From an uncultured Gemmatimonadales bacterium (GTDB lineage: Bacteria > Gemmatimonadota > Gemmatimonadetes > Palauibacterales > Palauibacteraceae): a stretch of 64,000 nt of DNA. The stretch covers positions 3,925 to 67,924 of the forward strand of contig CAMYMV010000002.1 in assembly GCA_947259585.1 (NCBI GenBank). The letters run 5' to 3'. Shown here piece by piece: positions 47,437-55,809 of the stretch (its first letter is position 1; every line of letters begins with the position of its first letter). The position numbers and the translations under genes are program-made. Below the pieces are notes generated by a model. The model saw only the letters and a program-made list of their open reading frames with translations, ran no database searches and had not been told where the DNA came from.

Positions 47437-48114
47437 ATGCCAGCCACAGCCAACGTGCCCAGCCGGGCCGCCGAAGACTACCTCAAGGCGGTGTACAAGC
47501 TGCAGCGCAGCGAATCGCCGGTCTCGACGACCGCGCTGGCGGGGAAGCTGGACCGGTCGGCGGCGTCCGTGACCAACATGGTCAAGAGCCTGGCCGACCA
47601 GGGGCTGCTCGAGCACGTGCCCTACCACGGCGTCAGCCTCACGGAGGCGGGCGAGCTCTCCGCACTTCTCATCATCCGCAGGCACCGGGTGATCGAGCTC
47701 TATCTCATCGAGAAGCTGGGATATAGCTGGGATACAGTGCACGCCGAGGCGGAGCGCCTCGAGCACTCGGTCTCCGATGAGCTGGTCGACCGGATGGCCG
47801 CCGCGTTGGGCGATCCGGATTTCGACCCGCACGGCGCACCGATTCCGACGTCCGAGGGAACGATCTCCGAGCGTGCGCTGCAGAAGCTGTTGGAGCTGCA
47901 GCCTGGTGAAACAGGCGTGGTACGCGAGGTTGCCGACAACGACTCCGGCCGCCTGTTGCGGCTCGCGAAGCTCGGCCTGCGCCCCGGAGCGCGTGTCGTT
48001 CGCGGCGAAAAAGCGACCGCCGGCCAACCATTCCCGCTGATCGTCGAGGGAGAGGCCGTGTCGCTGGATCCCGACCTCGTCGACGCGGTTCTCGTGGAGC
48101 GATCCGATGGCTAG
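47437..48114 (+). CDS. DtxR/MntR-family metal-dependent repressor with FeoA domain
   Basis: EDYLKAVY, RRHRVIE, EAERLEH and DPHGAPIP motifs. Confidence 0.93.
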   Translation: MPATANVPSRAAEDYLKAVYKLQRSESPVSTTALAGKLDRSAASVTNMVKSLADQGLLEHVPYHGVSLTEAGELSALLIIRRHRVIELYLIEKLGYSWDTVHAEAERLEHSVSDELVDRMAAALGDPDFDPHGAPIPTSEGTISERALQKLLELQPGETGVVREVADNDSGRLLRLAKLGLRPGARVVRGEKATAGQPFPLIVEGEAVSLDPDLVDAVLVERSDG

Positions 48115-48358
48115 CGAGCGGAAACACAGAGCGGACGGCGACGCCTGGAGCGTCAGGCTCGGAGAGGCCTCCGAACGCGAGGGCTTCCGAACCCTTCTCT
48201 TCTTCTGCATGACGACGAATCAGCGGCCGTACCGAGTGGTCGAGGTGCCCGAGGATCGCCTCGCGGATCAGGAGGCGGTGAACGCGCTGGACGATGCGGC
48301 TGTGGACGAGCTCTTCCGCGCCTCGCGCTCCATGGGGTATCCGCTGGACTTCGAGTAG
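48107..48358 (+). CDS. Small hypothetical protein
   Basis: Overlaps the upstream stop; GGAG RBS; 83 aa. Confidence 0.7.
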   Translation: MASERKHRADGDAWSVRLGEASEREGFRTLLFFCMTTNQRPYRVVEVPEDRLADQEAVNALDDAAVDELFRASRSMGYPLDFE

Positions 48359-48373
48359 CGTGGGTCGGGTCTC

Positions 48374-49201
48374 CTGTCGCACGTAGATCTACACCTCCAT
48401 TCCATCGCCTCCGATGGCACGACGTCGCCCGCCGAGGTGGTGCGTCACGCCGCCTCCGCGGGTGTCTCAGGCATCTCCCTGACCGACCACGACACCTTCG
48501 ATGGGCTGGACGAGGCCGCCGAAGAAGCGCGCCGGCTCGGCCTCTCCTTTCTGCCAGGCGTGGAGATCTCGGCCAACGAGCCCAACCGCTCCGTGCACAT
48601 CCTGGCCTACGGCATGGATCGAGCGGACGGGGATCTGGCCGACTTCCTCTCGGCGCTCAGCTCGGATCGCGTGCGACGCGCCCGGGAGATGGCGAAGCGG
48701 TTCCGGGCGCTCGGCGTCCGGCTGGACTACGAGGCCGTGGAGCGGGAATGCGGTCGGGCCGCGCCGACCCGGGCGCACGTCGCTCGAGCCCTGCTTGCCG
48801 AGGGCCTGGCCCCCGACATGGATGTCATCTTCCGGCGCTGGTTGGGGCGGGGAAGGCCGGCGTTCGTCGAGAAGATGCCGACGCCGCCCGCCAGCGTGTT
48901 CGAGCGCGTTCACGCGGCCGGTGGCGTCGCGATACTGGCCCATCCAGGTCGCACACACGGCGAACGAGAGATCGTCCGTTGGCGTGCCGAGGGCCTGGAC
49001 GGCGTCGAGGTGCTTCACCCGCTGAACAGAAACAACGTGAGGGCCCGGCTCCAGTCGCTGTCGCGCCGCGTCGGGCTTCTGCGCAGCGGCGGTTCCGACT
49101 GGCACGGGCCATCCGGGTACCAGGCTGCCATCGGCTCGCAGAGAGTGCCACCGGCGTGGATGGAGACGATCCGCGAGCGGGTCGCCGACCCGGGTTTCTA
49201 G
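48374..49201 (+). CDS. PHP-domain phosphoesterase (YciV/TrpH-like)
   Basis: DLHLHSIASDG (upstream of the first GTG), LTDHD, GVEIS, LAHP and GGSDWHG motifs; start inferred at CTG 48374. Confidence 0.88.
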   Translation: MSHVDLHLHSIASDGTTSPAEVVRHAASAGVSGISLTDHDTFDGLDEAAEEARRLGLSFLPGVEISANEPNRSVHILAYGMDRADGDLADFLSALSSDRVRRAREMAKRFRALGVRLDYEAVERECGRAAPTRAHVARALLAEGLAPDMDVIFRRWLGRGRPAFVEKMPTPPASVFERVHAAGGVAILAHPGRTHGEREIVRWRAEGLDGVEVLHPLNRNNVRARLQSLSRRVGLLRSGGSDWHGPSGYQAAIGSQRVPPAWMETIRERVADPGF

Positions 49202-49209
49202 CCGGGCGT

Positions 49210-50295
49210 TTAGCCCGCCTGGTCGACCACGTCGAGGGTCGCCGCCTCGCTCAGCGCCTCCTCGGTTATCGCCGGCTCGAGGTGTGAACCGCCGGATCCG
49301 GGTTCTTCCTGCTCGACAAGCCAGCGTTCCGCATCGATCGCCGCCATGCAGCCGGTTCCGGCGGCGGTTACGGCCTGCCTGTACACGTGGTCCTGTGCGT
49401 CGCCGCAGGCGAACACTCCCGCGACGTTCGTGCGGGTCGAGTCGGCGGCCGTCCGGATGTAGCCGACCTCGTCCATCTCGAGCCATCCCTGGAAGACCTC
49501 GGTGTTCGGCGTGTGGCCGATCGCCAGGAAGAAGCCCTTAACCGCGAGCTCGGAGGTCTCGCCCGTCCTCACGTTCCGGATCAGGGCTCCCTCGACTTCC
49601 TCCTCGCCGAGCACGTCCTCGACGACCGTATCCCAGACGACCTCGATCTGCTCGTTGGCCAGCACTCGATCCTGCATGATCTTGGAGGCCCGGAGCTCGT
49701 CCCTCCGATGGATCACGTGGACCCGTGACGCGAAGCGCGTGAGGAAGAGAGCCTCCTCCATTGCGGAATCTCCGCCGCCGATTACGGCGACCTCCACGTC
49801 CTGAAAGAAGGCGCCGTCGCAGGTCGCGCAGGACGACACGCCCCGACCCAGCAGACGCTCCTCGTTCTCGAGCCCGAGATACCGGGCGGAGGCGCCCGTC
49901 GAGACGATGAGCGTCTCAGCGGTAACCGGCGTGCGCTCGTCCACGAGAAGCCGAAACGGCCGGCGCGCCAGATCGACCATCGTCACGGTCCCATATCGCA
50001 GATCCGCCCCGAACCGGCTCGCCTGCTCCTCGAACTTCATCATCAGATCCGGACCGAGCACCCCCTCCGGGAATCCCGGATAATTCTCAACGTCCGTGGT
50101 CGTGATGAGCTGGCCACCTGGCTGCGGGCCCCGGTACACGACCGGGGCGAGCTTGGCCCGGGCGGTGTAGAGCGCCGCCGTAAGGCCGGCCGGACCGGTA
50201 CCCACTACCACCACCTGGTGGTGCTCCGCATCTGCGAAGCCGACATCCTCTATGTGCATCGGCGTGCTCCCTCCCACTCGGCTCTCTTCGCTCAT
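49210..50295 (-). CDS. trxB: Thioredoxin reductase
   Basis: GTGPAG, VENYPG, CATCDG, GGGDSA and YRQAVTAAG motifs. Confidence 0.96.
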   Translation of the reverse strand: MSEESRVGGSTPMHIEDVGFADAEHHQVVVVGTGPAGLTAALYTARAKLAPVVYRGPQPGGQLITTTDVENYPGFPEGVLGPDLMMKFEEQASRFGADLRYGTVTMVDLARRPFRLLVDERTPVTAETLIVSTGASARYLGLENEERLLGRGVSSCATCDGAFFQDVEVAVIGGGDSAMEEALFLTRFASRVHVIHRRDELRASKIMQDRVLANEQIEVVWDTVVEDVLGEEEVEGALIRNVRTGETSELAVKGFFLAIGHTPNTEVFQGWLEMDEVGYIRTAADSTRTNVAGVFACGDAQDHVYRQAVTAAGTGCMAAIDAERWLVEQEEPGSGGSHLEPAITEEALSEAATLDVVDQAG

Positions 50296-50408
50296 TCTTC
50301 TGCGGACCTATTTCCGATTCTGAAAGCGCCTCAGGAACTTCGGACTCCCCTTCCATTTATATAACAAGGATCGGTTCCGCGCGCGGGGCCGATCCCGAAC
50401 CCGGAAGG

Positions 50409-50438
50409 TTGACAGGCGTGGAGCGCGTGGCCTACGAT
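50409..50438 (+). promoter_or_regulatory. Sigma70-like promoter for iscA-like operon
   Basis: TTGACA-N18-TACGAT. Confidence 0.6.
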
Positions 50439-50491
50439 TTGCCCCGCAGCTCGGCGGGTTTCGCAAGATGGCCTGAGAGGAAATGGGAAAT

Positions 50492-50857
50492 ATGAGCGGA
50501 ACGACGACATCCAACATCGGTGCCGTGGACGTCGGGTTGACGGAACTGGCGGCCACGGAAGTCCGCAAGTTCTTGGAACAGGAAGAGTTGAGCCTCGATT
50601 CGGCCGGCCTGCGCGTCAGCGTGCGGCCGGGTGGCTGCTCCGGCTTCGAGTACGGGCTGGATATCGAGGAGGATCCGCGGGAGGACGACTTCGTCGTGCC
50701 ATCCCAGGGCATCCGGCTGTTCATCGACCCGTTCAGCGCCCAGTACCTCGCCGGCGTCGTCATCGACTACCACTCCAGCTTCCAGGGGTCCGGCTTCTCC
50801 TTCGAGAACCCCAACTCGACGGGTGGCTGCGGCTGCGGAAGCTCCTTCTCCGCCTAG
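50492..50857 (+). CDS. HesB/IscA/ErpA A-type Fe-S carrier
   Basis: GGCSGFEY and NPN..GGCGCGSSF motifs. Start could be 50483. Confidence 0.94.
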   Translation: MSGTTTSNIGAVDVGLTELAATEVRKFLEQEELSLDSAGLRVSVRPGGCSGFEYGLDIEEDPREDDFVVPSQGIRLFIDPFSAQYLAGVVIDYHSSFQGSGFSFENPNSTGGCGCGSSFSA

Positions 50858-50879
50858 CGACGCCCACACCGCGGGACGC

Positions 50880-51533
50880 GTGTCCCCGCCGCTGGAGGTC
50901 CTGAGGCTCGAGCTCGGGCCGTTTCTCGCCAACTGTTTCCTTCTGCGCCGCGAAGGTGAGCGGGAAACGCTCGTCGTCGATCCGGGGTTCGAGCCGGAGC
51001 GGGTGGAGGACGCGATCGAAGGCTGGGACGGTGTGCCGGTCGCCATCCTGCTCACGCACGCCCACGTGGATCACATGGCCGGAGTCGAGGCGCTCGTGCG
51101 CGCGCACTCGATCCCGGTGCACCTGCACCCCGCCGATCTCCCCCTTTACGAGGCGTCGGCCCAGCAGGCGGCCGCGTTCGGGCTGGCGATGCGGCAACCA
51201 CCGCCGCCCGACGAGCTTTTCTCGGACGGCCAGCGGCTCGCCCTGGCCGGGGTCGAGCTCGAGGTGCTCCATGCTCCGGGGCACTCTCCCGGCGGCGTCG
51301 TGCTCTCTGCCGAGGGCCGGGCGTTCGTCGGAGACTGCGTCTTCGCTGGATCGATAGGGCGCACGGACCTGCCCGGAGGAGACACCGCCGAGCTTCTCCG
51401 CTCGATACGCGAGCAGATCCTGACGCTTCCCGGCGACACCATTCTGCATACGGGCCACGGACCGGACACGAACGTGCAGCGCGAGGCGAGCACCAATCCG
51501 TTCCTGACGGGCGCGTTCGGCTGGAGCGGCTGA
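50880..51533 (+). CDS. MBL-fold metallo-hydrolase (glyoxalase II-like)
   Basis: THAHVDH, PGHSPG, GD..F.GSIGRTD and GHG motifs. Confidence 0.92.
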   Translation: MSPPLEVLRLELGPFLANCFLLRREGERETLVVDPGFEPERVEDAIEGWDGVPVAILLTHAHVDHMAGVEALVRAHSIPVHLHPADLPLYEASAQQAAAFGLAMRQPPPPDELFSDGQRLALAGVELEVLHAPGHSPGGVVLSAEGRAFVGDCVFAGSIGRTDLPGGDTAELLRSIREQILTLPGDTILHTGHGPDTNVQREASTNPFLTGAFGWSG

Positions 51534-51610
51534 TGGCCGACGGGTTGCCGGTCTGCAGTCGCGCAGCGAGCGACGGATCCCGGTTCGAGTCTGGGGACTG
51601 CTCGGATTGA
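51533..51610 (+). CDS. Candidate 25-aa microprotein (MADGLPVCSRAASDGSRFESGDCSD)
   Basis: TGATG overlap upstream and TTGA overlap downstream. Confidence 0.4.
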   Translation: MADGLPVCSRAASDGSRFESGDCSD

Positions 51611-52665
51611 CCGGCCCCCGCGAGCCGGATGAGGTCACTGGCGAGGAGACCGAGCGTCTGGCGGCCCTGCTCCACGCCGTCGAGGACGCTGAGGAGCTGC
51701 TGGTCGTCACGCACGACAACCCCGATCCGGATGCCCTCGCCTCCGCCGCCGCGCTCGGCTTCCTGCTTCAACACTGTGAGGGTCTCAGGACCAGGCTCGC
51801 CTTCGGAGGCATCGTGGGCCGGGCCGAGAACCAGGCACTGATCCGCGAGCTCGGGGTCGACTTCGAGCGGCTAGGCGGAGCGAACGGAATCAGCCCCGGG
51901 ACGATCGTCGCGCTCGTCGACACGCAGCCGCGGGCGGGAAACAACTCGCTGCCGGCCGGCCGGATCGCCAACGTCGTCATCGACCATCACCCCCGCCGTC
52001 CCGAGACCGAGGCGTCGCCCTTCGCCGACATCAGACCCGAGTATGGAGCGAACTGCTCGATTCTCATCAAGTACCTGCGGGCAGCGGAGCTGGAGCCCGA
52101 TCGCCGGCTGGCCACCGGCCTGTTCTACGGCATCCAGACCGAGACCGCCGACCTGGGACGCGAGGCCTCACGGGCGGACGTAAGCGCGAGCCTGTACCTG
52201 TATCCCCGCATCGATCCGGAGGCCTACTCCCGCATCCTCCACCCTCCACTCCCGAAGGGCTACTTCAGGTCGGTCCATCAGGCGTTGGAGGAGGCCCGCC
52301 GCTACGGGGGTGTCATCATCTCGCCCGCGGGGAAACTGGTCTATCCGGACATGGTGGCGGAGCTGGCCGACCTGCTGATCCGTGCGAAAGACACGGAGTG
52401 GGCGGTCGCCGCGGGCACGTTCGGTGGCCGGCTCCTGATATCGGTCCGCAGCTCGAAGCCGGTCGCCCATGCCGGCGATCTCGTTCGGGGCGTCATCGGT
52501 GATCGGGGATCGGCCGGTGGGCACGGCATGCTGGCCGGCGGACAGATCCCGCTCGAGGGCCTCTCCGAGGAAGAGGTCGAGCGCGTGTCGGCGTCGGTTC
52601 TGGAGGATTTCCTGGAAGCGCTCGGGGCGTCCGGCGAGGAGTCCGAATCGCTGACCGAGCGATGA
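51607..52665 (+). CDS. DHH-family phosphoesterase
   Basis: HDNPDPDA, LVD, IDHH and AGGH..LAGG motifs. Confidence 0.9.
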   Translation: MTGPREPDEVTGEETERLAALLHAVEDAEELLVVTHDNPDPDALASAAALGFLLQHCEGLRTRLAFGGIVGRAENQALIRELGVDFERLGGANGISPGTIVALVDTQPRAGNNSLPAGRIANVVIDHHPRRPETEASPFADIRPEYGANCSILIKYLRAAELEPDRRLATGLFYGIQTETADLGREASRADVSASLYLYPRIDPEAYSRILHPPLPKGYFRSVHQALEEARRYGGVIISPAGKLVYPDMVAELADLLIRAKDTEWAVAAGTFGGRLLISVRSSKPVAHAGDLVRGVIGDRGSAGGHGMLAGGQIPLEGLSEEEVERVSASVLEDFLEALGASGEESESLTER

Positions 52666-53930
52666 AGCTCGTCGGGCTCACCGGGACGCTCGGATCGGGC
52701 AAGAGCACGGTAGGCCGCCTGTTCGAGGGGTGGGGTGCGAGTCGGATCGACACGGACGAGCTCGCGCGCCAAGTGGTCCGGCCCGGCCGTCCGGCGCTCG
52801 AGCGCATCCGCGAGAACTGGGGCGAACGGATTCTGGCGCCGGACGGCAGCCTCGACCGGCCCGCTCTCCGCCGCATCGTGACGGAGGACTCGGACGCCAG
52901 ACGGAGGCTGGAGGGGATCGTCCACCCCGCCGTGCTGGAGCTCCTGAGCGAGCGGCTCCGCGAAGCACGATCCGGTGGCTGCGAAGTCGCCGTGCTGGAG
53001 GTGCCCCTTCTCCTCGAGGCCGGGCTCGAGAGGATGTGCGACCTGGTCGTGACCGTCGATGCGCCGCTCGAGGTGCGGAAATCGAGGGTGTGCGGGGAGC
53101 GTGGGCTCTCGGAGAGAGAGTTCGCGGCACTCGACGATGCTCAGCTTTCGGGCGAGGAGAAGCGGGGCCGGGCCGACATCGTCGTCGAGAACGGCGGATC
53201 GGTGTCGGAGCTGGAAGCCGCGGCCAGGGCCGCCTGGGACGCGATCCAACGAGCCGACGAGGCCGAGGGCGGACCGGGCGGGCGCTGGTCGGTGGATCTC
53301 CACATGCACACCCGCCACTCCAAGGACTGCCTCAGCGATCCCGCGGACGTCGTCGCCACGGCTCGCCGCGTCGGCCTCGATCGGATCGCGATCACCGACC
53401 ACGACGAGATCGAAGGCGCCTTCGAGGCCCACCGGTCGGCCCCGGATCTCGTGATCGTCGGCGAGGAGGTCCGGACCGCGGAAGGCCTCGACCTCATCGG
53501 CCTCTTCCTCAGGGAGCACATCCCTCCCGGCGGCAACTTCCGGGAGGTTGCGGAGGCGATCCGCTCGCAGGGAGGCGTCACCTATCTGCCGCATCCGTTC
53601 GATCGGTGGCGGGGAAGTGACGAGGTCTACCTCGAGAGCGTCATCGATTGCGTGGACGTCGTGGAAGTCTTCAACGCGCGCGTGCACGATCCGCAGAGGA
53701 ACGAGCGCGCCAGGGCCTGGGCCGAGGAGCACGGGCTGCCGGTCGGCGCCGGGAGCGATGCGCACACGCTTCGAGAGATCGGAAAGGGCAGGGTGAAGCT
53801 CGCGCCGTTCGACGGGCCGGAGGGGTTCGTCCGGTCGGCGGCGGAGGGCGAGATCGAGGGTGCGGCTTCCGCGCACTGGGTGCATCTGGGCTCGACCTGG
53901 GCGAAGCTGCGAAAGCGCCTTCCCATTTGA
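52662..53930 (+). CDS. coaE: Dephospho-CoA kinase fused to C-terminal PHP domain
   Basis: GLTGTLGSGKST, LDR..LR, IVHP and EVPLL motifs, then DLHMHT..S.D, ITDHD, GEE, PHPFD and GSDAH, all in one open frame. Confidence 0.9.
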   Translation: MKLVGLTGTLGSGKSTVGRLFEGWGASRIDTDELARQVVRPGRPALERIRENWGERILAPDGSLDRPALRRIVTEDSDARRRLEGIVHPAVLELLSERLREARSGGCEVAVLEVPLLLEAGLERMCDLVVTVDAPLEVRKSRVCGERGLSEREFAALDDAQLSGEEKRGRADIVVENGGSVSELEAAARAAWDAIQRADEAEGGPGGRWSVDLHMHTRHSKDCLSDPADVVATARRVGLDRIAITDHDEIEGAFEAHRSAPDLVIVGEEVRTAEGLDLIGLFLREHIPPGGNFREVAEAIRSQGGVTYLPHPFDRWRGSDEVYLESVIDCVDVVEVFNARVHDPQRNERARAWAEEHGLPVGAGSDAHTLREIGKGRVKLAPFDGPEGFVRSAAEGEIEGAASAHWVHLGSTWAKLRKRLPI

Positions 53931-53956
53931 CACCGTCCTCGAGCGGCGGATAGCGT
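53927..53956 (+). promoter_or_regulatory. Sigma70-like promoter for NSS transporter
   Basis: TTGACA-N18-TAGCGT. Confidence 0.5.
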
Positions 53957-53994
53957 GACGCCCTGTTTTGCCACGTAGGGAGGCGGGAGGTGCC

Positions 53995-55611
53995 TTGAGC
54001 GCTCACACACACGCGCAGGAACGCTGGGCGACCCGGATCGGGCTGATCCTGGCCATGGCCGGGAACGCCGTCGGGCTCGGCAACTTCCTTCGCTTCCCGG
54101 TGCAGGCCGCGCAGAACGGCGGCGGCACCTTCATGATTCCGTACTTCATCTCCTTCCTGCTGCTCGGGATTCCGCTCATGTGGGTCGAGTGGACGATCGG
54201 CAGGTTCGGCGGCCGGCACGGCCATGCCACCGTCCCCGGCATGTTCGACGAGCTGGGCGACGGGAAGCGGAAGTGGGCGAAGTATCTGGGCGTGCTCGGG
54301 ATCGTCATGCCGCTCGTGGTCTTCATCTACTACACGTACGTCGTCTCGTGGATGTTGGGGTTCAGCTTCTTCAGCCTGACGGGGGGCTACTTCGGTCTGG
54401 GCGAGTTCAGCCAGGTGGCGCAGTACCTGTACTCCTACCAGGACGTCTTCGATGGGTCGATCCACGGTGGCTGGGTGGCGGTCGCGTTCTTCCTCATCAC
54501 GATCGTCTTCCTCTACTCCGTGCTGTCGCGCGGCATCGCCGGAGGCATCGAGAAGCTCGCCCTGATCGGGATGCCGATCCTCTTCCTGTTCGCCTTCATC
54601 CTCATGATCCGCGTCCTCACGCTGCCGCCCGCCGTGGGCACGCCGGCGGAAGGGCTCAACTTCATCTGGAACCCCGAGTGGACCAGCCTGTCGGACGCGA
54701 AGGTCTGGCTGGCAGCCGCCGGCCAGATGTTCTTCACGCTCTCCCTCGGGATGGGTACGATCCACTGCTACTCGTCCTACCTTACCGAGAGGGACGACGT
54801 GACCCTGACCGGGCTGTCGACCGGGGCCACGAACGAGTTCGCCGAAGTCGTGCTCGGCGGGACGATCGCGATTCCAGCGGCGGTGACCTTCTTCGGCGTG
54901 GCGGGTGCGACCGCGATCGCCGAGGGCGGCACCTACGATCTCGGCATCGTCGCGATGAGCGTCGTCTTTCAGGGACTGCCCGGAGGCCAGTTCTGGGGGC
55001 AGGTCACCGGCTTCCTCTGGTTCTTCCTCCTCTTCATCGCCGGAATAACGTCGAGCGTGGCGCTCTCGAGTCCCGCGATCGCCTTCCTGCAGCAGGAATA
55101 CGGCCGCACGCGAAAGCACGCGGTGCTGATGGTGATGGCGCTGGCGGTCGCCCTCGGAACGCTGCACGTGCTCTTCTATCACCGGCAGTTCCTGGACGTG
55201 TGGGACTACTGGGCCGGCACCTTCGGTCTGGTGATCTTCGCGGCGGTGGAGATCGTGCTCTTCTCGTGGATCTTCGGTATCGACCGGGGCTGGAAGGAGA
55301 TGCACGTCGGGGCGGACCTCAGGGTTCCACTCATCTACAAGTTCATCATCAAGTGGGTGACGCCGCTCTTCCTCTTCATCCTCCTGGGCTGGTGGGCCGT
55401 GACGGAGGCCGTTCCAACGCTGCTCATGCGGAACGTGGCAGATGCACCGATCACGTACGATCCTGAGACGATCGTATACCGTTGGTTCAGCCGGCTGGTC
55501 ATGTTGGGCTTGCTGGCTTTGGGCCTGTACCTGATCCACCAGGCGTGGGTGCGAAAGGCGGTCGCCGCGGGAGCTTCGCCTGCCGCCGATCCCGGGCCCA
55601 CGGAGTCCTGA
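53995..55611 (+). CDS. Sodium-dependent NSS (LeuT-like) amino-acid transporter
   Basis: GNAVGLGNFLRFP, AAAGQMFFTLSLG and AGITSS motifs; GGAGGT before TTG 53995. Confidence 0.95.
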   Translation: MSAHTHAQERWATRIGLILAMAGNAVGLGNFLRFPVQAAQNGGGTFMIPYFISFLLLGIPLMWVEWTIGRFGGRHGHATVPGMFDELGDGKRKWAKYLGVLGIVMPLVVFIYYTYVVSWMLGFSFFSLTGGYFGLGEFSQVAQYLYSYQDVFDGSIHGGWVAVAFFLITIVFLYSVLSRGIAGGIEKLALIGMPILFLFAFILMIRVLTLPPAVGTPAEGLNFIWNPEWTSLSDAKVWLAAAGQMFFTLSLGMGTIHCYSSYLTERDDVTLTGLSTGATNEFAEVVLGGTIAIPAAVTFFGVAGATAIAEGGTYDLGIVAMSVVFQGLPGGQFWGQVTGFLWFFLLFIAGITSSVALSSPAIAFLQQEYGRTRKHAVLMVMALAVALGTLHVLFYHRQFLDVWDYWAGTFGLVIFAAVEIVLFSWIFGIDRGWKEMHVGADLRVPLIYKFIIKWVTPLFLFILLGWWAVTEAVPTLLMRNVADAPITYDPETIVYRWFSRLVMLGLLALGLYLIHQAWVRKAVAAGASPAADPGPTES

Positions 55612-55625
55612 AGGAGGGGCGTCTG

Positions 55626-55784
55626 ATGGAAGGATCCTCGATCGCTCCGTTCGCGTGGTTCTTCATGCTCCTGAGCATGGGCTCCGTGACCGTACTGACG
55701 GCGTACTGCTACATCCGGATTCTGTCGGGCTCCGACGAGCCGGTCGAGTTGGAGGCGCCAGGATCGGACGTGCCCGATTCCTGA
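55626..55784 (+). CDS. Small single-TM protein, probable NSS accessory subunit (MetS-like)
   Basis: AAGGAGG RBS; FMLLSMG.V..LTAYCY.RIL directly after the NSS gene. Confidence 0.75.
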   Translation: MEGSSIAPFAWFFMLLSMGSVTVLTAYCYIRILSGSDEPVELEAPGSDVPDS

Positions 55785-55809
55785 TTCGCGCGCTCCGAAG
55801 CTCGAGCGC

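Noticed and set aside
53671-55539. 622-aa minus-strand ORF
   Set aside because: Antisense shadow of the NSS transporter.
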